NCBI GenBank assembly: GCA_964016885.1
Contig: OZ024743.1
Location: 281,542,001-281,606,000, forward strand
Length of the DNA stretch: 64,000 nt
Direction: 5' to 3'
Source of the DNA: Eledone cirrhosa
Taxonomy: Eukaryota
Shown here one piece after another: positions 51,264 through 62,907 of this stretch. The stretch's first letter is position 1, and the number at the start of each line of letters is the position of its first letter. The notes beneath the pieces are model-generated. The model saw only the letters and a list, made by a program, of their open reading frames with translations. It ran no database searches and was not told where the DNA came from. Both the position numbers and the translations under genes were made by a program.

Positions 51264-51816
51264 GCCCATACAACCACACATGTATACATATTTATTTAAT
51301 CATAGAATGTCTTGATGATTTCAGATGAAGGAAACTGTTCTAGTCTTGTAGAAGTAATTTCTGTACAAAATAAATATGTATCCACTAATGTATTGAGTAT
51401 CTTATTTAATTGCCATTCCCTTCTGTTCCTCAACAGAAAACCATTCTTAATTATATATATATATACACATGGAAAACATGTAAAATGGTGATGATATATA
51501 TATGCGATCATACACACATATATATTTAGTTAGGGCTACTAATTGAAAAACAACAACAAACATTTTTTAATGAATGGACTCAATACTTATAATAGCGTAA
51601 AATTTATTATTATATGTAGGTGTTGACAAAGTTTTGCATGTCTTAAAGATTATTTAAGCAGTTTAAATAAGCAAAACTTGAAATTACAATCAACCCTTAC
51701 TCTTGTGCACATACATACACATACAATCACGCATACTTATTCTTTTACTGTTTTCAGTTATTAGACTGTAGTCATATTGGGGCATCACCATAACCCTTTA
51801 GCATTTACATTACTCT

Positions 51817-53356
51817 CATCATCATCATCATCACCGTTTTACGTCCGTTCTTCCACGCTAGCATGGGTTAGACGGGTTGTCCTGTTGTGGGCAGTGTCTG
51901 GTCGGCTGACCATGCCTTGCTCATACAGGAACTGATCTGGCTTGATTTCTACAGCTGGATGCCCTTCCTAACACCAACCTCATTTACAGTGAGTGCTGGG
52001 TGCTTTTTCGTGGCGCCTACACGTCCACTTTACAGTGTGGGCTGGGTGCTTTTTTGCCGTGGCACCTCCACGACCACCTTGCGGTGGGGGGGGGGGCATA
52101 TTGTTTATATGCTTCAGCATGTACCCATGGGAGGTCGGGTACCCTGTATTACTGCGTGACGCCAGAAGTCACGGTCGTGTGTCATTGACTTTGAGAGGTG
52201 TAGTTGGGTAAGGTCGGCTTTTATCACCTCATCCCAAGTCATCTTGGGTCTCCCCACTCCGCGGTTTCCATCAACTTCTAGTGCTCTGCACCTTTTTATG
52301 CAGCTGTCATCCTTCATACGCATCACATGTCCATACCAGCGTAACCGCCTCTCCTGCACGCAGCATTTGATTCCTCTTATGCTCAGTCTCTCTCTCAATT
52401 CATTTATGCTTTGTCGTTCACGTATATTACTGTTACACATCCATCGGAGCATGCAGGCTTCGTTTCTCTCTAATCTACGTAAGTCTTCCACCTTCAGCGC
52501 CCAGGTCTCACTACCATGCAACATCGCTGTTCGGATACACGCATCATACAGTCTGCCTTTCATTCTGAGGGAGAAGCCTTTTGCAGCTAGCAGTGGTAGT
52601 AGTTCCCTAAACTTCTTCCATCCCGTTCTTACCCTAGTTATTGTACTTTCTGAGCACCCACCTCCGTTGCTAATTCGGTCACCTAGGTAGCAGAAGCTGT
52701 CTACTGTTTCTACAGGGCCCTCCCAGAGATTGGTGGTACTTGTTTCCTGTGGCTGTTTGCTTGCTGTTTCAGCACAGCTGCTGCATGTGAATCCTACATT
52801 CTTAATTAAGCTTCCTGAGATCCCGCTACATCTCTTGTGTACCCATTGTTTGCATTTGGGGCAAAGAATGGAGTTCCTACCTACACCTTTCCTACATACT
52901 GAGCAAGGCCATTTCCCTGAGGGGATCTGGGTTCTGTTTTCTCGTCTACTTATAAGGACCTTAGTCTTTGTCATGTTGACTTTGAGGCCCTTTCTCTCTA
53001 GTCCCTGCTTCCAGGTTTGGAATTTATTCTCTAGTTCTACCATAGATTCAGCTATGAGTGCGAGGTCATCAGCATACAGGAGTTCCCATGGGCATCCGGT
53101 CTTAAACTCCTCCGTTATTGCCTGCAGGACTATGATGAACAGGAGAGGGCTAAGAACAGAGCCCTGGTGGACCCCAACCTGTACGCTAAATTCCTCGCTA
53201 TACTCATTGCCAATCCTAACTTTGCTGACTGCTCCCCTATACATGGCTTGTACCGCTTTCACAAGCCATTCATCTACTCCTAGTTTTCTAAGAGCTCACC
53301 AGATTACTGCACGTGGAACTCTGTCAAAGGCTTTCTCAAGGTCGACAAATGCCATA
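51817..53356 (-). mobile_element. 5'-truncated RTE LINE inserted in a piggyBac-type MITE
   Basis: ORF 52114-53262 (GVHQGSVLSP, LLYADD, PHD-like Cys cluster); TSD TACTCT at 51811-51816 and 53357-53362. Confidence 0.95.
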
Positions 53357-53747
53357 TACTCTATATATACTATTATATTTTCACAGTAAAGACTTTACCT
53401 GACATAATTATCTCACATAATATTGAATCTATGAGATTTTGATATTATTTATTTTGATAACAGTACCTTAACAAAAGTATGAGCGGCTGGTTACAGCCAG
53501 TTTTAACAGAAAGAGGTGAGAGAATTATGGCCAGATACAGCCGGTTTAAATGCTAAGGGTTAAAGAGATTTACTCGGTTATATCAACCCTAGTACATATT
53601 TTTCAAGTCTGGTACTTATTTTATTGATCGCTTTTGTTGAACTGTTAAGTCACGTGACAAACGCAGTCACAAACATAAACACAGACACACAGATATACAT
53701 ATTTATCAAAAGATATGAAGGAGATAAAGAAATAAAAATAAAAAAAC

Positions 53748-53935
53748 CTTTGCAGCCATAAATCCTCGCATAGGTTTCCGTTGTTTGGTAAGCCACTTGA
53801 TTATTGGTTTCAGATCTTGCCATTGACTAGTTGCTTCTGTTCCCAAGAGGGAAAGCAGAGCATAAGATGTTGCTTCTATATCCATGGAAGTCACAGAAGA
53901 TGATCCTTCTGAATTCAACCAAAATGTTTCTTCCC
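53748..53935 (-). CDS. TEP/A2M-like exon, TED domain
   Basis: tgacag| (G)EETFWLNSEGSSSVTSMDIEATSYALLSLLGTEATSQWQDLKPIIKWLTKQRKPMRGFMAAK |gttttt; IEATSYALL and WLxxQR motifs. Confidence 0.94.
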
Positions 53936-54929
53936 CTGTCAGAAAAAAACAAACAAACCCCAAAACAATTAAGAATGGTTGTTTCAAAACATGTGACTTT
54001 ATTAATTGCTAATAAGTTAATCAAGTTCATCAAGTGAGTTAAACAATTAGTAAGAGCATTAAAAAAGAAAGGAAAGGAGCTGATCACGAGATCAGGCAAA
54101 GGAAACTATAATTCCATTGATGATACTATTTGCCAGTCACAATTCCTGGAAGAAGGAGGTGGGATTTGAACTCAGAATGCACAGAGTTGGATCAGATACC
54201 ACAAAGCATTCTGCCTGACTTTTTAACAAGTCCACTAATCCACCATCCCTGGACTGGTGACTTAATGGTTGACAATGAAAGGATAAAAGGCAAAGTTGAC
54301 CTCAGAACACACAGAATCAAAATAAATACCAAGGCATTTAATCCAATACTCTAAAGACTACCAATTTGTCACCAAAATAAAAACATTAGAGAATCCCTAA
54401 TGTGGTTTAAAGAAATGGGTTGGTATTTGTTTTTCATTTCTGTTCAATTGATTCTATAATTTATCCTAAATAGTGCACTAAAGAAATAAATTTATCTTAT
54501 TTTGTACTTTGTGAAATATAGCATTGTTGGTTATGAGTTTCTGACAGAACAGTTAGGGAGTGTCTAACCTGATGCAGAACAAATATCTCAAGAGACGTTC
54601 ATAAAGCACCAGTTTTTCAGTTTTCACATTGATGTATATTTTTGAAAATGTCATCACCATTTAATGTCTGTTTTCTATGCTTGCATGAGTTAGACAGGCT
54701 GTCACACATTGAGACTATGTCTTGCTTACTGGTTCTGTTTTTACTTGGTTTCTATGGCTGGATGCCTTTCCTAATGCCAACCACTTTATAGCATGTACTG
54801 AGAATATTTTATTGTGACTGATGCTACCACCTTACATGATGGACTAGATCCTTTTTGTCGCAGCACCAGCACTATCTCATTACAACTATACATGAATCCA
54901 AAATCGAAAATCCAGTGCCTTCTCACACT

Positions 54930-55850
54930 TGTTAGAGGAACCCCTCCCTGGTTGACCTCCAACACTTCCTATCTCTGGTTATACTGGGTCATGTGGGGCC
55001 AAGGTACCTGGTCAGATCATCGCGCCATCTGGCCTTTGGCTGCTCTCTAATTCTTCTCCACTGCCTTGGTGTCCACTCTGTCACTCTAATAATCCACCTG
55101 TTGTCTCTGAAATGAGAGACGTAGCCAGCTCAACTATGTATTCCCTTCTTGATGGTCTCAAATATGTCCACGCCAATCTGCTGCCAATTCCAGGTGTTAA
55201 TCTTCCTGTCATGTAAGGTGATGCCGAGCATGAGTCACTTCATTTTATGTTGGGCCACTGCAAGAGTCTCTGCAGTGGTGATGTTGAATGCCCATGTCTC
55301 ACTAACATGTCATCACTAGCAGAACATATTTATTAAACAGCTTTCTTTTGGTTTCAGTTGTTGGCTTGATACTTCTAATGATGTTATAAACTTTTCCAAA
55401 AGCTGCCCATCGAAGCACAATCCTTCTGTTGACCCCCAGAAGTAGGGCACCATCTCTTGCAACCTTCTTTCCAAGGTATACATAACTGTCTACTTCCTTG
55501 ATGGCCTTTCCATTCACAATAACTGGTGATGGTTTAGTGTGGCTGTTAAACATGATCTGGATTTTCTCAAGATGGATATTAAGGCCTATTGGCTAGCTCA
55601 CAGTGTGGATAGCATTGAGCATCTCCGTCATTTCTTGTGGTGTATGGACTATTAGGATGATGTCATCTGCCAAGTGTAGCTGGCATAGAAGTTCATCATC
55701 TATGTTGATACCCTTGTCCTCCCAGTTGACTTTCCTGAAGATGGCGTCTTGTAAACACGATGTAAACATCCCTGTCTTGCTCCTCTTTCTAACTTGATCT
55801 TGTTGCTGTCTTGGTGTAATCTGAGAGTGGATGTAGTGCTATTGAAAAGA
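54930..55850 (-). mobile_element. Degraded RTE-like LINE (other family); its 3' part recurs at about 29230-29430 (+)
   Basis: HLADDIIL, EVDSYVYLG, WAAFGK remnants; shared gagacaacaggtggattattagagtgacagagtgg segment. Confidence 0.75.
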
Positions 55851-56556
55851 TCTTTTCTGGTGGTTAGGGTGTAGGTCTCCCCATCTTAAATACCTGATGA
55901 GGCAGCATATTGTCTTCTTGAGCTAGACACATAATTTCTCATTGCTCCAGTTCACTCAGCTGAAAATGAGTACAATCAGCAGCAGCAACAGCAGGTAGGG
56001 GTTAACCTTGTGATAGAATGGCATCAAGGGGGAGTCTCTTGTACTCTCAATCACTTAACTTCACATGAAACCAAAATAAGCTCCAGCCTGATGAGTTTTT
56101 AGGCTCAAGAAAGACCTTTTTTTAAAACTTATTAAATATAGTACTATGTTCATTTCATATGATTTTTCTTTTATTCTTTTATTGGGTTTAGTTATTTGAC
56201 TGTGGCCATACTGGGGCACTACCTTGAAGGGATTTAGTTGATCATACTAACCCCAGTATTTATGTTTTCCAAGTCTGCGACATATTTTATCAATTTCATT
56301 TTTTTTTGTTGAACCCCTATGTTATGAGACATAAATGAACAGTACATGTAAACAAATTACACATATACATACATTATAGACTGACAGACACATACATATA
56401 TATATATATATATATATTCAAATTCATATATATATATTCATATATACACATGTTTGTGAGGTAAACTCCTTAACCACATGGCTAGTTGAAAAACAATTTT
56501 TGAAGAGCAAAAAAAAAATATATATAAAGTAAATATTTAAAAAAATGAATTATTAC

Positions 56557-56716
56557 CTGAAACTGTGGACCTCCTCTCGAGGTCATTCTGATATTTTTCT
56601 TTTTCCTTTTCATCATGGCTATACAGAGTAAAGACATAGGAATAGAGTGATAGCATGTATATGTCTTCATAGTCATGGGATCGGAGACAATCAAGCCCTT
56701 TATCAATGATCTGGTC
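56557..56716 (-). CDS. TEP/A2M-like exon, TED domain
   Basis: ttgtag| DQIIDKGLDCLRSHDYEDIYMLSLYSYVFTLYSHDEKEKEKYQNDLERRSTVS-G |gtaata; phases fit neighbours. Confidence 0.9.
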
Positions 56717-59222
56717 CTACAATTTAATGAGGAATTACAAATATTACAATTGAAATTTTTCAAAAATAAATCTGTCTTTCCTCTAAATTAACTAACATAT
56801 AAAAAGATATCTGTTAACCCTTTTGTTACTATATTTCTAATGAAATACACTGTTTTTGAATTAGTTATTGAAGCATTTGGAGAACTCTATCTGAATAGTG
56901 CCCCCATGTCAGCTATTGTTCATCTAAGAAGGATGCGTTTTGTTACAGGGCAAAAAAACGAGTGTCAACCATGTTCTTTTATGGAAGCCTGTGCACGGTC
57001 ATAGCAGTAGAGGTTGTCCTGCAACAATGCATCTGGATATGCTATGTGCTGACATGGGAGGAAATTTAACGGATCTTGAAGTGATAATACTAGATCGAGA
57101 CCAATGGAAAGAGTACTGTTCATTTGATCAAGGGAATTTGACTTGTGAGCGAGAGATTGAAGAATTTGGAAGGATTAACTAAAATTAAGGATTTTATTAT
57201 TAAAATGGTTTTTGTAACCTAACTGAAAAAAAAGTAAAATTATGTTGGAAAGTTTTAATTTAAATAGCAGTCGTTTAAAATGGGTGGTTTTATTTCATAG
57301 AACCAGAGGTGGTCTTGGATGGGTTGGTATCAAAAGGGTTAAGTCTAAAAACAATGTTAGACAACTGAACTTAGTTGCAATGTGTCTTGTCATCTCTGAT
57401 TGGCCAGATTATGACATGTAGTTAGCCAATCATGGAGAACAAAACATGGCTTGTAATGCTGGTATATCTTTGTCATCATCAATTGTTATGTTTATCATCA
57501 TCATCATTATTACCTAGTGGCTACAACTTGTAACTGCATTGTCCTGATGATTACGTGTTTATAAGCAGTCATGGGATCATTTTTCCATCAGGATCTTGGA
57601 AGGATGCATATGTTCATTCTTCCATGGATAGATTTTTAGATAAAGACATGATATACTGGGCAACCTACAAGTATTTAGGCCACAGTAGTCTTTCTTTGTT
57701 GCATTCTTTGAAATGTTGTTTTCCATCAAAACATCTTATCAAATAAAAAGTTCTAATAGAGTGGATAATGCTGATTAGAGGACACTCACTAGATATTGGT
57801 CTTAGTTTCTTCCCATCTATATGATGCTGAATATCCATGATTCTCGTTGGGAAAAAAGTGACGGAGGTAGGTTCTGAATTCTCACCCGACTATTACTCAG
57901 AAGTTTGCTAGCAAACTGCAGCTCATCTACCTTCATCACAAGGATGAAGCTATTGGTCACTTGAAACATTATCACTGAGGTGACTAAAGAGTCTCATCTA
58001 CAGTTTTGAAATTAGAATGATTCTTCTCCTAGAGAGATGGCTAACTAGAGCTAATGAGCTCTGTCTCACTTTTTTTTTTTAACACACTATTGGATGGCTG
58101 TTGATTCTCCTGAATCCCTCTGCCTTTTGACAAATTTTGTTTTTCAGCCTGCAGCATGTCCAAAAAGACGCCTCCCTCACCAAGGAAGCTTGGTGGAATT
58201 GTCAGTTTAGTTGCCAATGACCCAACCATATGCCAGGCTGTATTGAGTAACATGTTACTACTAGTGCTTGAGAACAACCTGACAATATAGATATACTCAG
58301 GTTTAATGGTCTAGAACAGTTACATGGCCCAAGTGGACCACTAGTCATCCGTATCAAAGTTTTGGGGTCAACTGTAAGTTAAATGTCCTGTGTTACATAA
58401 TGTAATTAAAATAAATTTGTAACTGTTTTCCCTCATGAAATTTGTAGACCATCTTTTGGAAAAGGTTGGATAGTACTGGTCTAGAAGACTATACCAATAG
58501 TTACTGACTAACCCATTACTCTTATTTCCTTCCTCAACAAGTTATAAGCAACATATCTAAAACACTTATATTCAGTAAACATTCTCATGAAGTAGACTAT
58601 GTACATGTTGGTGTCAATGATTTAGTAATTACTATCTGATTACTAAACCCATTAGTAAAATGAACTAATGGGTTTTGTAATCAGAGAGTGATTAGTAAAT
58701 ATGGTTGTTCAACCTGCTATAAATAGAAGCCAATTCTCCCTCAAATCATGTCCTATCATCTTGTAAAAAGAAGGAAACAATGGATAAAATAGGTCTCTAT
58801 GCATTTTACCTGAAAAACAAAAGACAGAATGGAATGTTGATAACTGAAGTGTCTTTAAACAGATTTGCTGAATAAAAGCTGACCTAGGTTAAATAATTTC
58901 AACAAGGTGATTATAAAATGTCAATAATAATGATTATATGCTGTTAATAAATGAAATACAGATGGAAGCCATTTATACAAATTAACTCTTAACATCCTGT
59001 AATGATTAAGCACAAAAAATCCGAAAAAAATTGATTTGTTAATGCAAAGGGTTATAATATCTTTACTAATGGGCAGATTATTATTAGAGTAAAGACTTAA
59101 CATTTTTTTAATGTGATGCAGTCATAGTGCTATTCTGTACTTTTCAAAAATGCCTTGCTAATGCGGTTTCATGTGGTACAGGATTTTAGAAGTTAATGAA
59201 ATGAAGAATGAATAAAACGTAC

Positions 59223-59542
59223 ATATTGGGGTGTTCCAAATTCTAATAATGCCATAATCACAAATGCAGTACTAATTCTTTCCAGATTTTTCCTATCTTC
59301 ATAAAGTCCAAATGTCAATGAATAATTCCGTTTGTCATAAAAGCAGCCATTTTGGAGTTGTTGATGTCTTAGCCAGGATATGGATTTCTGCAGTTGCACC
59401 TCATCGATATAAATGTAAGATCGAGCTTTTACCAAAACTCTCAGGACAAATGCAGTCAACAGTTCACTACCGTCTTTGTCTTGTGAACCAAATATACTAA
59501 AAGAACCATCATCATGAATGTAATTCATTTGTTGTTGATAAC
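59223..59542 (-). CDS. TEP/A2M-like exon, TED (alpha-alpha barrel) domain
   Basis: aacag| (C)YQQQMNYIHDDGSFSIFGSQDKDGSELLTAFVLRVLVKARSYIYIDEVQLQKSISWLRHQQLQNGCF...STAFVIMALLEFGTPQY |gtacgt. Confidence 0.95.
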
Positions 59543-59926
59543 CTGTTAATGAAATTGAAAAAAAAAAAAAGCAGCTAATGAGCCAACAATTATCTTCAAA
59601 CATTATTCTTCTATTTGTTTCTGTCATTAGAATGTGCCAATGCTGGGGCACTGACTTAAAGGGCCTTAGTCAATTATATAGCAAACCTTTTTTTAAATAC
59701 TTTTTTCAAATCTGGTACTTATTTATCGAATATCTTTGTTGAACTGTTAAGTTATGTGACACAAACACCATACATATATCATCAACATCCTTTTAAGTCT
59801 GCTTTTCCATGCTAGCATGGGTCCTTTTCAGCACAGAATCTCTCGCCTCTTCATGATCCTTTGTCATCTCTACTGTGAGCTTCAGCGATTTAAGATCAAA
59901 TCTCTTAACTTGTGCCCATCTGTATG

Positions 59927-59957
<31 letters not shown>

Positions 59958-59969
59958 TATATACATACA

Positions 59970-60378
59970 CACTGCTAACTACAAAAGGTTTTCCCCTCTA
60001 AATGAAGAGCAGAATGTATGATGTGTGTATACGAACAGCAATGTTACTTGGTAGTGAGGCCTGGACGCTGTGTGCAGGGGACTTGTGAAGATTGGAAAAA
60101 AATGAAACTTGCATACTCCAATGGATGTATAATAGTAATATACATGAATAACAAAGCATAAATGAACTGAGAAAGAAACTGGGTATAAAAGGGATCAGAT
60201 GTAGTGTGCAGGAGATGAGAATGCATTGGTATGGATATGTGATACATATGAAGAAAGACAGCTGTATAAAAAGGTGCAGGGCACTCAAAGTTGATGGAAG
60301 CTATGGTGTAGGAAGACCTAGGAAGACTTAGGATGAGGTGATAAAAGCTGACTGGACGTTAAATGGTGATGATGATGA
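59970..60378 (+). mobile_element. Degraded RTE LINE fragment
   Basis: KGFPL.MKSRMYDVCIRTAMLLGSEAW remnant ending in a ggacgttaaatggt(gat)n tail. Confidence 0.85.
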
Positions 60379-60389
60379 TACATATATAT

Positions 60390-61866
60390 CATCCTCATTT
60401 TACGTCCGCCTTTCCCTGCTTGCAGGGGTGGGACGGTCCTATTCAGCACAGCATCTCTCCACTTGTCACGGTCCTTCGTCATCTCCTCCGTGAGCTTCAG
60501 CGATCTGAGGTCTGCTCTCACCACCTCCGCCCATGTTTTTGGTGGTCTTCTACTGCGTCTTCCTTCTACTGGCATTTCTTGGCACTTCTTTACCCAGCGG
60601 TCATTCTCCATGCACATCACATGTCCATACCATCACAGTCTTCTCTCCCACACACAATTTATCCCTCTTAAACACAGTTTCTCTCTCAACACATCCATGC
60701 TCGGTCATTCACGTACATTGACATTGCACATCCAATGGAGCATGCTTGCTTCATTTCTCTCCAGCCGTCGCATATCCTCTGCAGTTGCTGCCCATGTCTC
60801 ACTACCATGCAGCATCGCGCACCTCACACAGGCATCATATAACCGGCCTTTTGTATGCAGGGAGAAACCCTTCTTCGTCAGCAGAGGAAGCAGCTCCCTA
60901 AACTTCTTCCAACCCGTCCTTGTTTTAGATACTATGGCCTCGGAACACCCCGCTCCCATGCTAATCTGATCACCTCGGTACCGGAAGTTATCACCCACTT
61001 CTATAGAACTTACCTGCATTTGAAAAATGTGTCTATCAATGCCACTTCTACTGTCAAATTTCCCTGTACATCTACTGCATACGTATTTTTCCCTACCTGT
61101 TAGTTTGCCTGCTATCCCACTACATCTCTTGTGTACCCAAGATCTACATTGTATACATTTTATAGAATTTATGCCAGTTCCTTTTCTTCCTTTTCTGCAT
61201 ATCGAAGATGGTCATTTCCCTGATGGAATCAGAGTTTTGTCCTCTTTTCTACTTATCAACACTTTTGGCTTAGCTAGGTTCACTCTCAGTCCTCTTAATT
61301 CCAACTGCTGTTTCCATAGCCAGAATTTATTCTCTAGCTCCTCTACTGATTCTGCTATAAGAACCAGATCATCAGCATAGAGAAGTTCCCATGGGCAGCC
61401 AGTCTTAAACTCCTCTGTTATGGCTTGGAGGACTATAACGAACAAGAGCAGGCTGAGGACCGAACCCTGATGTACTCTTACTTGTATCTGGAATTCCTCA
61501 CTAAACTCCATTCCTATCCTCACTTTACTGACAGCACCTCTGTACAAAGCTTGCACCATCCTCACAAGCCATTCCTCAACACCTAGTTTACTTAGGGACC
61601 ACCAGATCAGGGTACCCTATCAAAGGCCTTCTCTAGGTCAACAATAGATAAGTATAGTGGCTTATTCTTCTCTAAGAACCTCTTGTAGTTGTCTCACTAA
61701 GAAGAGGGCATCTGTTGTACTTTTTCCAGGCACAAAACTAAACTGCATCTCATCTGGTCTGACCCTTTCTCTAATTAGTTGTGCTAATATTCTTTCTGCC
61801 ACTTTCATAACCTGATCCATCAGTTTTATGCCCCTATAATTGCTCCTCTCCAGAGCATCAACATTA
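60390..61866 (-). mobile_element. Degraded RTE LINE, different subfamily
   Basis: SNYRGIKLMDQVMK, LLYADDLVL, RTGWKKFRELLPLL, MLHGSETW fragments with frameshifts. Confidence 0.9.
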
Positions 61867-62730
61867 CCTATATATATCAGTATCAACATCATCTTTGTTT
61901 AACATCCAGTTTTCCATGCAAGCATGTGTTGGACGAGTTGTCAGATGACCATGTGTTGCTCATACAGAACTGTTTCTAGCTTGGTTTATATATATATATA
62001 ACTTAATACTTTCATTACCTTATTTCTACTGAAAAATGGTGGTAGTAATTTTTAACCCTATATTTTGAAAATAACCTATAATTTGCAGGCATTTAGTAAT
62101 ATAATTCACCTTCTCATTATTAAGCCTGCGTTTGGAAAATAAAATTACGGTGGAAGGTTTTTAGTCAAATATAAATACTTTACAACAAACAGTTTTGTAA
62201 CATAGAACCAGGAAGTTGGTATTGAAAGGTTTAAATAAGCAAAAATTTGGAAAGATTTAGTAATATAACTAACATTCTCATTAATAAACTGGTATTTGGG
62301 ACATTACTTAACCCTTTCATTACCATATTTCTAATGAAAGAGACTGCCTATGAATTTTGAATCATTTTGAATTTAATCTAGATTTTTGAGGGATATAGCA
62401 ATATAACTTTCTTATTATTCAGTTTGTATTTAGTTCAAATTCCGTTGAGGTTAGCTTTGCCTTTTATTCTTATAGGGTCAATAAAATAAAGTACCATAAA
62501 TGCTCTGGGGTCGATTTAATAAACTTTCCTCTTTCCACAAATTGTTGGCCTTGTGCCTTTGAAGCACAACTTATCAAAGGTTCTTACATAAAAATATGAT
62601 GGAATGTTTTGCAGATAAATACCATATAAGCATTTTAAAACAGTTTGATATCAAAAGAGTTAAAATGTCAACACAAGTGAACTGTCACCATAACTATAAT
62701 GGGAAGAAAGAAATTAAATTCTGATCATAC

Positions 62731-62907
62731 ATTTTTCCATTATCTCTGTTGCTTTCATTTCAATTTCATAAGAAACTTTCCCAACAGCATTCAAGTAATC
62801 CATGACATAAATAGTAGCAGCCAGGCTCAAGATGTTTCCTTCTCCATTTGTGATAGGATCATTTACTATATTTTCTAGATATGATAAACCAGGCCATAAC
62901 ATGTTGC
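62731..62907 (-). CDS. A2M/TEP-superfamily gene, exon covering the degenerate thioester site; earlier exons lie beyond the window
   Basis: ttttag| GNMLWPGLSYLENIVNDPITNGEGNILSLAATIYVMDYLNAVGKVSYEIEMKATEIMEK |gtatga; aligns to GDxLGxxLxNLxxLxxxPxGCGEQNMxxFAPNIYVLxYL of TEPs. Confidence 0.9.

Noticed and set aside
52244-53389. Long plus-strand ORFs opposite the RTE ORF (also 27260-28177 on -, 34688-35251 on +)
   Set aside because: Antisense frames of the RT coding sequence; no independent evidence of coding
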